Assembly: GCA_964016885.1 (NCBI GenBank)
Contig: OZ024742.1
Coordinates: 136,338,001-136,402,000 of the forward strand
Reading direction: 5' to 3'
Source: Eledone cirrhosa
Lineage: Eukaryota
Length of the DNA: 64,000 nt
The translations under genes and the position numbers were made by a program. The notes beneath the pieces are model-generated. The model had not been told where the DNA came from. It searched no databases and worked only from the letters and a program-made list of their open reading frames with translations. Within the stretch, counting starts at the first letter, position 1, and every line of letters starts with the position of its first letter. Of the stretch, positions 23,831-38,059 are shown piece by piece.

Positions 23831-26800
23831 TTGTTTGCAAGTTTGTGCAAGTAATATTGTAACTCTGCATGCACAATATCAAATCCGTAAGCATTTTATA
23901 TGCACATTTCTTAAGTGAACCTGCAACACATATGTCATTGACATACATTGTTATTATAATTTTCATCACCATCTTTATAGTTTTACTTTACCTTTTCCAT
24001 GTCAGCTCAAGTTGTGCGATTAGCATAAGTTACTAAGCTTGTGTCTTAAAAGATTACTGAATCTGTGTCATCAATAATGGCAATAGCATTGAACATATTT
24101 AATTTTTGGAGTCCAGGAATAGTATGCCATATATACCAGGATTGCTCAATGCATGCATAATCATACAAGCTGGGAAATTTGTATTTAGATAAATTAATCA
24201 TTTGCATAAGAGAAACCCTATAGTTTACGTAGGTTACTGATAACTGGAAATAGTTAAAGATAGGAATTATGTTTTAATAATCTATTTCTAAGACATAATT
24301 ATGTAAATGTTCAACATATATGTACAAATGACATACATGATAATTATGTATAGGGACAAATGTATGGTTAAAACCCAGAACCTTATAATTGTCAAAATAT
24401 GGAGATAGGACATGTTTTCTGTGAATATAAATATACAAATATGCTTGGCATATCATTATAATAGATTTTTAGATAGTTCTTTATTTATTTCAGTATCATG
24501 TAGTAATCTTTCTAATAATGGTTCAATGTTGACATTAGAATTTAAATGGTTGACTGGCTTTAAAATGGCTTGACTAGAGATTCAAAACTCCTGGATAGAA
24601 AACTTGGCAATGAAGATAAACTTGATAGAATTATTTGCATTTCATTCAGAATGTGGTTTCATTTATAAAGTGGTTCCCATTTGAAATTTTTGGTATCGCA
24701 TACTCATTAGGTCAACATTGTCTTTCATCCTTTTGTGGTTGATTAAAAAAGTACCAGGCCAGTACTGGGGTCACATCTTCCTCTATATTCTTTTTCTCAC
24801 TTTCTATCCTCTTTTGGAAGAAATCTGTATTCAGACCTGCTTAAAATGCCCAATAAATGCTGTATGCCACTATGGTGTCCCTGTGACTATCAGGAATTAT
24901 GGGACCTTATCATATTCATTATCGTTACCATCAATATCCTGCTGACCAGCTTCCTCGTCTAGTTATTTTCCGTAAATGAAAGTTGGTGGTGATGGCTGAT
25001 ATAAAGAATTGATTATGGTTAATAAAATATATTTTGGTTTCAAATCCCATTGGGGTTGACTTTGCTTCTCATCAATAGGAATTCAATATAATAAACAAAA
25101 GTATAGACTTGGGATTTATTTTATCAATTCTACCCATCTATTCAACCATCCAAATTTGAGACTTTTTATCACTATAAGAAGTAATTTACTCTTTGGCAAT
25201 AGTAATAATTTTGATTTAGTAATTAAACATCTTTTACATTGGCACCACAATAAATATACCCAATTCACTCTGCTTGTGACTTAGTAGTGAGAGAATATGA
25301 TTCACTATCTTGATGTTGTGAGCTTGATTTCTGAACCAAGCAATGCATCATGTCCTTGAGCAAGACACTTTATTTCATGTTGCTCTTTCTGTCAGGAGCT
25401 GCAACTGGTAGACTAATAGAAACATTGTTTCTTTGGTCAAGTTCCACCCCACTCTGAAAGCAAATGAAGTGTGGGATCTTGTGGATCGATTCCTATGTTT
25501 AACATCAGAAAAAAAATCATGTTTAAAATTTATGCTATAATGAAGGCTATCCAAGCTATGCTAGCAAGAAAAAAAGAGAAAATTTAAAATGATGATTGTT
25601 CTACTACCACTCCTCACTGAACAAACATTGATGAAAACATTCCAGTCATGAAGATACTGCCACTCTTCAGATGTAATCTTTTTGAACTATGTTATCAAAT
25701 GTATTCTTACTTTTTAAGATAGTAAAATGTGCTGTGAGAGAGATATAGCATCCATTTTTAGCAAATTTATCTACTTCATACTGGTTTCCTTGTTGGATTG
25801 ATGACCCCAGGAGAGTAATATAATAATAACCCTTAAAGTATTTCTTCATGATTCTGGTGTTGTCTTTGGTATTATAGTTGGTAGTGAAGGTGGTGCTGAT
25901 GATGGTGGGGATAGTATTGGTTAACCAAATACCTGTTATATTAGCAGAGTTGGTTAATTTTCCTGTTGTCTTCCTTCGATTTGTGTGATTGGCCTTGTGC
26001 CAAAGTAAGAAACCATAATAGGAATAATAATTATTCTTGTTGTTGTTCCAGTTGTTATCCCCTCTCCCCCTCCTCCACTTCCTTATAATAATAATCATCA
26101 TCATCTCTTATTTCTATTAGTTGTTGCAACTAAATTCTTTTATGGCTGAATCTCCGTATCAACTTTCTTCCATAAATTGTTCAATGCGGAATTTATTGAT
26201 TCCATCCTATCGATCCATCAATCGATTAGAAATAACAGCTATACACATTTTTATGTCTCATTTTGGCTTCCTTCCTTTCTTTTTCATATTTCTTTCTTTT
26301 CCCATTTCCCATTCACATTCCCCAACCTCATACCTATTATCGTTGTTATTATTATTATTATTATTATTGTAATTATTCCTGCTTTATTTCTCTTTCGCAC
26401 GTATATGTCTTCTGTACAATTTTTTACCCCACCTCCTTTATTTCATTTTATCTTATAGTCTAATTGATTTTATTTTACATCTTATTCAATTTTGTTTAAT
26501 TAATTCTTTTCCTTGTTTTTTATTTTGTATAATTATTTTTTCTCACACTCATACCTTCTCTCTTATCTCACTGCTGCTGTCTTCTCTCTCTCTTTCTCTC
26601 TCACTATCTATCTATCTCTTTTTACAACTCCCAACCTAACACACTCTTTCAGCCACTAACATCACTATTACAATCATCATCATCATCACCACCATCTTCA
26701 CAGCAACACAACAACCACTATGATGGTCATCATCATCCTCATCACAGCAGCACAAAAACCACTACCATCCTCATCACAGCAGCACAAAAACCACTACCAT

Positions 26801-27020
26801 CATCATCATAACAGCACAACAAACCACTATCATCATCATCATTATCAACAACATTATCACCACCACCATCATTACTATAACCATTCTTACAACTATCTAT
26901 ATCATCTTCCATTTTTACACCTCCACACCTCTGCTCTGTTCCTCATCTGCAGAATTTCTGGAACTAACTTTTCCCTAACAAGTCCTGCAGCTTTCATTGA
27001 TTCTGATCAACAACATGAAC

Positions 27021-27056
<36 letters not shown>

Positions 27057-28597
27057 CACTAGCATGAACAATAATATTGAGGATGATGATGATGATGATA
27101 ATGATGATAAAAATACTAATAATAATAATAAATCTCAATATAATATTTTATATCCATTTTTTCTCCTTCCCTTTCTCTCCTGCTCTTTTATTTTTTGTGT
27201 TGTTATTTTTTTTCTATTGAAAAAACATTTCAATGCTTTCACAAAAGTCTTTAGTATTGATTTTCAAATTTAATTATGAAACTTGCATGAACACAACCAC
27301 ACATACATACACATACACACATGCATACACACATACATACATATGCACAAACACAGATCCTCTGAACTTAGACACACACACACGTGGGCATACTGGCATA
27401 CTCTTACACGTATGCAGATGGATAGCCTACACACTCACATTCATCACATGTACTCACATGCACACTCATAGAGGTGGATATTATTATCAACATAACTGAA
27501 GATCACATTCAATTAAAAACACTCACACAGAGGAAACATTTACCTATATGTATTCACACATAATTTCATATAAAGATCATCGAAACTATAAGGCCACATA
27601 CATACACAGAAATGTGTGCTTGTGTATGTGAGGTACTAGCCAGATGAACAATATATGTGGCTAGGTGCAAATATTCACTGTACTTATAATGAATATGTTC
27701 AGATGCATACATACATATTTATGTGTAAGTTAGTAAGTATATGCCAACATATACACATATACACATGTAAATTCATTCATATAAACCCACACATTTCCAT
27801 TCATATTTTGTTATCTGAACTAATATACATACCACCCAAAGAGCAGCTTTATATGTGGCCACACATCACTCATATAACAGCATCTACATATTGGTCTATA
27901 TATTGATTCTTTATATAAATTTCCATCCATCTCACAAATACACACCTACATGCCAAACACAACATCCTTTTAGTTGCACACACACATGCATTTATAGATG
28001 TTCATAAAATGTTATAAAACAAAACTGAAACACACACTACCATCATGCTATTCACTTGACCTATATAAAATATAGAGAGATGTTTACCTATACATAAACG
28101 TAAATAAGATGTAAATTATTGCTCCAATCAGTCTACTAACTATCAGCAAACATCCCTAAGGATGGCAGGCAGCATTGGCATTAAGGCAAGAGCTGCATTA
28201 GACATTCATTGATTGCCTTTAAAAAGCTTTAGTGCAGAGTATTTCTAAAGAGTATGCTAAACACATTGTATCACTACCCTCTTCAAGAATTGTGAAGCTT
28301 GAGTGGGCAATAGTCATTAGAGAAATTCTTAGGAATGCTTCCATACATGTTGCCTCTAGAGTATCTTGGGTATTATTATTATTTGGGGTAATTGTGTATC
28401 TCTCTCTGAATTACTTCCAAAGAACGATAAAGTATGAAGACTGCAGTTGCAGTGGCTGAAGCATGTGATAAGAATGTTCTCTTGTCAGTTACTTCACAGA
28501 ATGGTATATGGGTGTCTACACCAAGATTGATTCTTAGTTGGATGTATTAGAGGTAAACACCAACAAAATATATGCATATATATATATGTAAACATAT

Positions 28598-28972
28598 CAT
28601 CATCATCATCATCATCATCAGGTTTAGCGTCCGTGTTCCACGCTTGCATGGGTTTGGACGGGGGTTTTCCCACTTGAGGCAAGAGTGGTTGTCTTGCTCG
28701 CATAGGACTGTCTGGCGGGTTTTCTACAGTTGGATGCCCTTCCTAACACCAACCACATTTACAGTGTGGGGCTGGGAGGTTTTTACCGTGTTGCCTACAC
28801 GGCCACATTACAGCGTGGACTGTCTGGCGGGCTTTCTACAGCTGGATGCCCTTCCTAACACCAACCACATTTACAGTGTGGGGCTGGGAGGTTTTTACCG
28901 TGTTGCCTACACGGCCACATTTACAGCGTGGACTGTGTGTTTTTTTGTCGTGACACCTACACGATCTCATTT
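28598..28972 (-). mobile_element. SINE family B 3' part with 112-bp internal tandem duplication
   Basis: (CAT)n tail on the left. Repeat units start at 28705 and 28817. Confidence 0.85.
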
Positions 28973-29141
28973 GTTTATATATATATATATATATATATAC
29001 ATACATACATGTAATAGATGTGGCAATAATGTATATATGATTATGATGGAGAATAAATATTTATACCATACTTTTATGGATAAGGCTATAATACATACTT
29101 ATAAACAGTCACATATATTGTTGTATTTGTATGTTTTTGTT

Positions 29142-29173
<32 letters not shown>

Positions 29174-31333
29174 CTTAAAATATAAAATTCATAAAGTAAA
29201 CTGAACTAAAACAAAAAAAAACAATTATGGCATAGATGTTAAAATGAAAAAATAATTTCCTGGTCATAATTATGTTTCTGAGATGTCTAAAGGTAAAAAT
29301 ATACACATGTATATTCACATCATCAGCAGGATGGCAAGAGAAATTCTTGTTGGAAATTAACTCATTTATATACACATGTAGCTGACATAAATCAAATCAT
29401 TGGATATTGTAAACAAAGTCAAAATGTAAGTTTGGAGCAAAAACACCCAAAGGGTCGAGTCTCTGCTTCAAAGTGCTCTACAATATTGTATGCGTTTATT
29501 TTAAATAATTTTCTTTCTTATAGTCCTGCTGATTATGTGAATATATATATATATGGAGATATTTTTAGACATGTTTCTTCCATAGAAACATATAATCATG
29601 TCTAATGTAATACACACACACGTTCTTGAACACACAAGTGTGTTTTAAAGCACATGTGTGTGTGTGTATGCATGTATATATAATATTTATGTCTTAATTG
29701 TTTTTCTTTTCATATTTATAATTAAGGCAATTTTGTAGACATTGCATAAAAATGAATATTTATGTATATAGTTATAGGATAGAAGAAAATGTAGGTTTTA
29801 AAATATGTAAATTAGATTAAATAATTGTAGGTATACAACTGAATAATTTCACAGATGGCCAACTGCATTGGATGTCAGCCTTTTCTCTGAGGAGGTCAGA
29901 GGTTTGTATTTCTTGTATAGAACTTGTCACACTTGCTAAGTCAGTCATCCTCCCTCTACAGTGTGGGCATGAATAAATGCCTATTTCTGGTGGCAGAATT
30001 GTATTTTCCATATATTTAACAGGCATAATTTTTTTCTTTTTTTTTTGAGTGGTCACATATTCAAGCCCACTTATGTACTAATGGAAAACAAAAGGAATAG
30101 TTCTTTCATATGCAAGAAAAGATCTGTAATGTTGCACTTATTAAATCTAGGCTATTGCTTTTTTTCATATAATGTGTGGTAGCTTGAAGGTAGCAGTTCA
30201 TCCAAACTCATAAATAATCCATCTCCAGTTCCTTATCTTATTTGATTCTGTAGGCTTCCATAATTAGTAAACCACCACATAATTCTGGACAAATACTAGA
30301 ATTTGTAAACTCTTGCTCATTTGCTTTATCATTCAATGGATACAATTGCATAGTTTATTCATACATATAGTTTATAGTGTATAAAGAAAAAATAACAACA
30401 TTTTTTATTGTCTGCAAATACACTTTTCGATATTTAATTAATTCATTTTAATTTAAATTGCTAGCTATAATTATTTTTTAAGAGAGAAATGTTCAGTATA
30501 ATTAATGAGAAAAGAACCAAATTAGTAATTAATTGCTGTAATATACTGAAATTTCACAAAAAATCAAAATAAAGCAACTAAAAGGTTTGCTGATTAAATC
30601 TCACTCTGTATATCTATATCACTTTGAGAAAAATGAGACACATCTTTAATGTGTAGATATGTTGTATATGTTTGTAAGTCTTTGTGTGTTTTACAGTACT
30701 GTGATAATATAGGTTGAACATTTGTTGGCAGTAAACTCATCTTATCTAAACCTACATTTTAATTCACTTGCACTTTGGTTTCAAAATATGATTGTATATT
30801 TACATCTTGTGCTGCACTAAATACACATTTTCAGACATGAATAAAATATTATGGAAATGTGAAAGAGTGGTTAAGGCAGTTAGTGACACATCACATCATA
30901 GACCAGTACTTCAAATGTATAATAATGGCTTTTTTCTTGAAAAACAACACACCGACACAAACGTTTCCCATTGGAAATGCGTTGAAAAATGATCATATAT
31001 CTGTGTCTGTCATTCTCATACATTCTTATACCCCTCTGTGGTACATGTGTGTTATATATATCAAAAGCTACTTTAAAATTCTACCCTTGAATATTGGCTA
31101 GAGAGCTCTAAAACAGAGATTTCCGTCTGTTGTATTGTACTTTTTATATCCATTATATTTTAAACACTAACTATGTAGAACACAAGATACAAGTGCACAA
31201 CATATTAATGTCCTTGCAATATATGGTAATTGTTTTTCCCTAAGTGTGTGTGTGTCTGTGTTTGACACTGACAACTTTTAAAGCATTTCCCTCTAAAATA
31301 GTTCATGTGCATACATATACACGGATACATGCT

Positions 31334-31365
<32 letters not shown>

Positions 31366-31964
31366 CATGCTTACACATATAGTTATAACCGTTAAATGTA
31401 AGAAGTTTTTGATCATGATGGTTTCTTAATGGAGGTGTTGTATATATTTTAGTCATAATCTATTCATGTGATGAAGTTCAGAAAGTATTCAACTATTTTT
31501 ACATATTTATTTATTTACAACTGAATTTGTATTATCTGAGAAACAGAGTAAACTGATGGCTACTTTAGAATTACATACTGTATATACTTGAATATAAGAT
31601 GAGGAATATGTAACAAATAAGTCGATGGTAAAATGGTGAGTCGGTTTATATTCAGGGTCAGTATTTTGATGATTTTCACCAACCTTGGGAATTGAAAAAA
31701 CATTTAGTTCAACTGAAAAATTTGTTATAATGCTGTTCATTATAACGGAATTTTAGCTGTACATCCAATCAGTTTACATTTATTTTCTGCCAACTCAAAT
31801 TCACTCTAAGGGCCTGGATCAATCCAACTTTGTGGTAAAATACACATAGTAAAGTAAATGAGGAACTGCTATACATACATTCATACTTATATGCATGCAA
31901 CAAAAAGTGACACATTAAACTAATCTGGTATTGCTTAGTATTGAGTACTGTCTTATTTCTAATA

Positions 31965-32025
<61 letters not shown>

Positions 32026-32028
<3 letters not shown>

Positions 32029-32393
32029 ACGACAAAAAAACACACAGTCCACGCTGTAATGTGGCCATGTAGGTAACACGGTAAAAACCTCCCAGTACAC
32101 ACTGTAAATGTGGTTGGTGTTGGGAAGGGCACCCAACCGTAGAAAACCCGCCAGACGTGTAGCTGTCACGACAATAAAACACACAGTCCATGCTGTAATG
32201 TGGCCGTGTAGGTAACACGGTAAAAACCTCTCAGTCCACACTGTAAACGTGGTTGGTGTTAGGAAGGGCATCCAGCCGTAGAAAACCCGCCAGACAGTTC
32301 TGAGCAAGACAACCAATCTTGCCTCAAGTCGGACAATTCCCGTCCAGACCCATGCTAGCGTGGAAAATGGACGTTAAACGATGATGATGATGA
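32026..32393 (+). mobile_element. SINE family B 3' part with duplicated body, inserted in (TA)n
   Basis: Same subfamily as 28598-28972 in the opposite orientation. Ends ggaaaatggacgttaaac(gat)n. Confidence 0.85.
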
Positions 32394-33498
32394 TATATAT
32401 ATATTTATCCTTATCAAGCCCTCTTTGGATTTTAGTCTTCAAATTTATTATTATTACTATATATATATATATATAGTAGTGAGTACTGGATTTTTTGGAA
32501 TAATTTTGTAGCTCTACATAGAATATCTGAATAAAGGAGAATGATGAATGAAGATAGGTTATAAAAATATCATCTCTTCAGTATAGTAGTTACACTGAAT
32601 ATTGTCTTTGTTGTTATTGCGTCTAATTCCTGTTCAGCCATATGCATCACAAAATTTCCCTGTGTGTTGAGAATCCAAAGCTTTGGGATCCAATATACGA
32701 TTCCCTAATATGAAAGTGTGATTTGAGGGAGATTTGACTGTTAATTCTTAAGAGTTGAGCAACTACATAGATACTATTCTCATTGGCTCATTCTACGGAA
32801 TATGTATTTTTAGCATATGTAGTCTTGATAGTGTTAATAGTTTCTAAGCCATTATCTTTTGAGTGCTGCCAGCAGCTGTGTGCCCCCAAACAAAATATTA
32901 AAACTTGCAGTTGTGGAGAAGATGGTATTATCAATGGACCAATGAAACTTGATGATCCTTAAGTATTAACATATGTGCTATGCTTCAGTAGGCTTGATAT
33001 ATATTTAATATATTTTAAATCTATATTTTCCAGTTGTTATATATGTCAGTGCTATAAAGAAAGAATTACTGTAACAAATGGTTAAATAAGATAGTGTCAT
33101 GTATAGTTAAGAACATTAGCCCTCTCCTAAAACTAAACATACATGCAGACATCCACTAACATACACACACAATCATACACATATATTTGTATATATATTG
33201 CAAACTTTCCAACAAAAATACATGAAAACCCCAAATATAGTTTATCTCCTAGCCCTAGAAAAACATCAATTCAAAGTATTTAGTACGTTTATATGTTCAT
33301 TGTAAAATAGAAGTGAGTCATATCAACTGGTGCAAACTGTACATAAATGTATATAGCATATATGCATACATGCACCTCTCACACACAGTATATATATACA
33401 TATATATGTTTTGTGTATGAAAAGTAAATGGAATAAACAACAGATGATGAAGTACAATGAAGCTATATATTAGTTTCATGCTTAACATAGTAGGAAAA

Positions 33499-33535
33499 GT
33501 TTAAAGGTTTTGAACGTTAGTTCTTCATCAGAAAA
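33499..33535 (-). ncRNA. Degenerate hammerhead-like motif (probably inactive)
   Basis: CUGAUGA-A-GAAC UAAC GUUC-AAAAC. GAAA appears mutated to AAAA, consistent with CpG decay. Confidence 0.45.
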
Positions 33536-33630
33536 TAGAATGAGAAATTAAAGAAGAAATAGGAAGATAAAAGAAACAAAATAAAAAAATTATTTGAGAA
33601 AAATCAGGTCTGTTCATTTTGCCATCTCTT

Positions 33631-33661
<31 letters not shown>

Positions 33662-33665
33662 GCAT

Positions 33666-33697
<32 letters not shown>

Positions 33698-34200
33698 ACA
33701 TTGGTTTAAAAATAGCAATACAGATTAAAATTCCTTGGAAGAAAATGTAAGTCTTTTATATGAAGTGTAAGAATTTTGTTAGTATCTCAAGCACACAATC
33801 TCTAATTAGGTGGGTTTTTTTTATCATAGAAATGATTTTGGAGCAAGCCATAATTGTACTACTTTAGTGTAAGGAAGAATTAATTCATTTGCTTTAAGTA
33901 TTATTATTATGCAATTTTAGCTGCATGAGTATGATAGTTCTAATTTCTGACATGAGTGATTCAAATGCAATGGATACAAGTAATGGTAGCAGTAGAAATA
34001 GTAGTAGAGATAGTGGTGGACGTTGAAGTAGTAGTAGAAGTAGTAGTAGTAGTAGTAGTGTAACTGATGTATCATACAATACTAACGATTTCTAAAAATA
34101 TCAATTTAACCTCTATTCAGAAATATATCCCTTCAGTGGTTGTTCTGTAAATCACATTATGGTGTTGCACATCTGAGGGCAGTGAAGTCATCTTTGCCAA

Positions 34201-34402
34201 CATTGTAATAATTGTTTCTACTTTAGGCACAAGGCCAGCAATTACCCAGTGTATTACTGGTTCTTTATTTTATCGACCCCCGTAAGGATGAAAGGCAAAG
34301 TCAACCTCGGCGGGATTTGAACTCAGATCGCAAAGAGACGTAACTATGCTGGAAAGCATAGCATCCGACCCTCTACCGATACTGCCAATCCATTGTAATA
34401 AT
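34201..34402 (-). mobile_element. Relatively intact SINE family A copy with 12-bp target-site duplication
   Basis: cattgtaataat occurs at 34201-34212 and 34391-34402. The core retains CpGs. Confidence 0.85.
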
Positions 34403-34649
34403 ATTGATGATGATGATGATGATGATGATACATACGCATACTTTATATATGTACTTACGCACACATGAACACACTCACTTGCACACACATGCTTACTTAG
34501 ATACATACATATGTATATGTGTGTGTGTGTGTGTGTGTGTATATATCAGAGAGGGTGTGGTAAGATACCACTTTGGATCTATCTGTTGAAACAGCCGGAG
34601 CTCAGCCATCGGGGTCCTGAATCTTTTCACACATACACACACACCTATA

Positions 34650-34868
34650 TATCATCATCATCATCATCATTTTACGTCCGCTTTTCCCTGCTTGCAAGGG
34701 TGGGGCAGGAACTGATTCTGGCTTGATTTTTACAGCTGGATGCCCTTCCTAACACCAACCTCATTTTCAGTGAGTGCTGGGTGCTTTTTTGCCGTGGCAC
34801 CTCCAGGACCACTTTGCAGTGGAATGATAGGGATCCCAGTCCCTCATTTCTACAGCTGAGTAAACTGG

Positions 34869-34870
<2 letters not shown>
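34650..34870 (-). mobile_element. 5'-truncated SINE family B copy
   Basis: Closely matches about 10590-10808. It abuts a long (TA)n. Confidence 0.85.
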
Positions 34871-34943
<73 letters not shown>

Positions 34944-34975
34944 CCTCCATATACATATATATATATACATACACA

Positions 34976-35034
<59 letters not shown>

Positions 35035-35041
35035 ATACACA

Positions 35042-35127
<86 letters not shown>

Positions 35128-36164
35128 ACATACACGCCTATATTTAAAGATACATACAAATCTTACATTGCTGTTTAGATATTGTTTCACTATTGATGAC
35201 AATTACTGTTGTTGTTTTTGGTAATGTAATGAAGATGATGATGATGATGATATTTGTGTCAAGATAGAGTAAGACCTTGTTGCTTAGCTGATGACTTGGA
35301 ATGTGATTGGTTTGAAGGCTGTTTCTTAGATTCCTAGAAACCTCTATGGTAGAAAGGAAGAACTGTTGTTTTTGGTATATACATTATTGAATGGCATCGA
35401 TGTTTTCCATTGTCTAATCAATCAGAGGGAAGGAAAAGGAAGAAAAAAAAATAAAAGGGACAAGAGGAAGGAAGACGAAAGAAAAGGTTTAAGTGAGTTG
35501 AAGAGAAATGGAAAGAGGGGAAATTCCTTTCCATTTATGACTCATTCCAGGATGCTTCCTGTTGTGAATGCCCGGACTGTCTTATACAAACAGACATTAT
35601 GAAAATTATGTGTATGAGTGTCTGTGTATGCATGGATGTATATATGTATGTATGTGTGTTTGTGTGTGTGTATGTGTGTACATGAATGAATGGCTCTGTT
35701 GGAAAAAGTTTTGGAAGGATATAAAGAAAAGAATTTCTTTCACCGATATTTTTTAAACTGCATATCTAATGGAAGGTTATGAAGAGCTTCTATAGGAAAA
35801 ATCATCATCATCACAATTATCATCGTTGTGTCATTGTTTTTGTTTTTGTGTTGATGGCCTTTGCAAGTCATTTTCCCCACCACAAATGTTTACACTTGTG
35901 AGGTTTTATCTTTGTCTTTTGTTTTAATTTTATTTTCGTTTCATGGTGTATTGACATTTAAAATGCGTGTTTATTTTCTAAACACATTCTTAACAAAGGT
36001 ATTTCATTTTCGGAAGTTCTGTCGTTCCCCCAGATGAGGGCTTTCATTGTAAGATGTCTAGAACTCTTTTGTTTCCTTCTTTGATGATCTTATTACTAGC
36101 GCAGAGTGTGGTAGTTTTGAACTTCACATTTAGTCTATCATATGGGGGTGACAGTGTATGTGTG

Positions 36165-36230
<66 letters not shown>

Positions 36231-36372
36231 CGTGTGTGTGCGTGTGTGTATATGTGTGTGTGTATATATGTGTGTGTGTATATGTGTGTGTGTATATATG
36301 TGTGTGTGTATATATATATATATATATGTGTGTGTGTGGGTATATATATATATATATGTGTTTGTGTGTGGG

Positions 36373-36473
<101 letters not shown>

Positions 36474-37318
36474 GGCTTCAACTCGATTTTGAGTATTGCC
36501 ATCGCTTGATACTTAAACATGCACGCAACAGACGTGGCACTTTAGTCCTGATGAGGACTTACTCTGGCCGGCAACACTATCCATCACAAAAAAATGTCAT
36601 ATATCAAGTGATGCCTGTGTTTGAAGCTTTTTTAAGTGAGGGAAGGCTTTGCACAGGGCCAATCCCACTCTCTGAACATCTAATGCATTTGCCCAAAAAG
36701 AAGATCTGGTCTACATCATTGGATGCAAATGAAGTTGCAGGTTTTATATTAGAGTGAGCTTCTCCTAAAGAGATATCTTAATGTGTGTGTGTTTGTGTTA
36801 CTAATGTGTAGCCATGTGTATATAATACATACACACATGTAGATATACTTTACATATTCATAGATGTATAATGAAACACAGTTTAACACACATATGCACA
36901 CACACACGCACACACACACACACACACACCCATGCATACATACTTTTGCATAGCATATATATAAATATACATATTTACAAGTAGAGATATACATACACAT
37001 TACACACATACATATATGCACACAGGTACACATTCAGGTAGGCATAGAGGTGCACACATGAATAAATATTGGTGTTGTATTTTTTTTTATGTCATTATCT
37101 CACCAGGATTGAGTAGAAGAATATTATAGATTAATTTATTAAAATCTTAAATTTAAGAAAGCTTTCAGCATTTACATTAACCTTCATAAAAAGATGTCAT
37201 ACACAAACACACATATATATATATACCAACAGATATATGAGTGTGTATATATATTTGAATGTGTATGTATATACACACACACATATACACACACACATAT
37301 ATATATATATACATATAT

Positions 37319-37378
<60 letters not shown>

Positions 37379-37391
37379 AATTATGTATATG

Positions 37392-37927
37392 TACGTACAT
37401 ACATATATGTATACAGACGTACAGTAGTATGTATATATATATACATACATGCACACACATATGTATGTATGGATTCACCGAACATTTATTATAATGCTCA
37501 GTGTGTTTGTAAACAAACATCCCGAATTAAGCCGTACAGTGTCTAGCAACCATCGTTGCTCATTTGTTCAATACTGACAAAGGGACGCTGTACTAGTTTC
37601 AAGCTTATTAGCTATCGTCAGCAACGTATACCTTCCTGTCAGATGGTTGAACGTCTGAAAGTATATACTTTCCTTATGCATATTAACGGCTGAGCAGCTT
37701 AATTTGCATATCGAGTGAGTTAATCGGCCGGGGTACCGAAAACAATAAACGGAAAAAATGAAACAAAATTTCATTTCTCACTCTTAGTATGGTTGTTACT
37801 TAAATATAAGTATGTATACGTACATACATATATGTATACAGACGTACAGTAGTATGTATATATATATATACATACATGCACACATATATATGTATGTATG
37901 GATTCACCGAACATTTATTATAATGCT
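37392..37927 (-). mobile_element. Direct-repeat-flanked unit containing a minimal hammerhead (retrozyme/Penelope pLTR-like)
   Basis: ~110-bp direct repeats at 37392-37498 and 37817-37927 surround a CpG-rich ~320-bp core. A hammerhead motif lies at 37585-37627(-). Confidence 0.6.
37585..37627 (-). ncRNA. Minimal type I hammerhead with palindromic stem III
   Basis: ACGUUG-CUGACGA-U AGCU AAUA AGCU U-GAAA-CUAG-UA-CAGCGU. It has a 6-bp stem I, an ACUAGU palindrome and a GUA triplet. U.U replaces the G10.1-C11.1 pair. Confidence 0.65.
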
Positions 37928-38016
37928 TATATATAAACGCATATTTATATATGCACATATTTATATATACATATATAATATACATAGCTATATGTGTTTG
38001 TGTATGTATGTGTACA

Positions 38017-38059
<43 letters not shown>

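Noticed and set aside
29817-30056. 79-aa minus-strand ORF with a CPHC motif
   Set aside because: No recognisable family and no supported splice sites.
33644-33662. Poly-G run as a possible G-quadruplex
   Set aside because: It is a homopolymer at the end of (TG)n, and nothing suggests function.
36028-36065. CAGATGA-GGGC..GTCT-AGAA as a sense-strand hammerhead
   Set aside because: Both core boxes are mutated and the stems are weak.
36520-36757. NVIYQV..LSEHLMH as a possible GIY-YIG fragment, and CTGATGAGG at 36548
   Set aside because: The YIG/CxxC motifs are absent, and no GAAA follows the CTGATGA.
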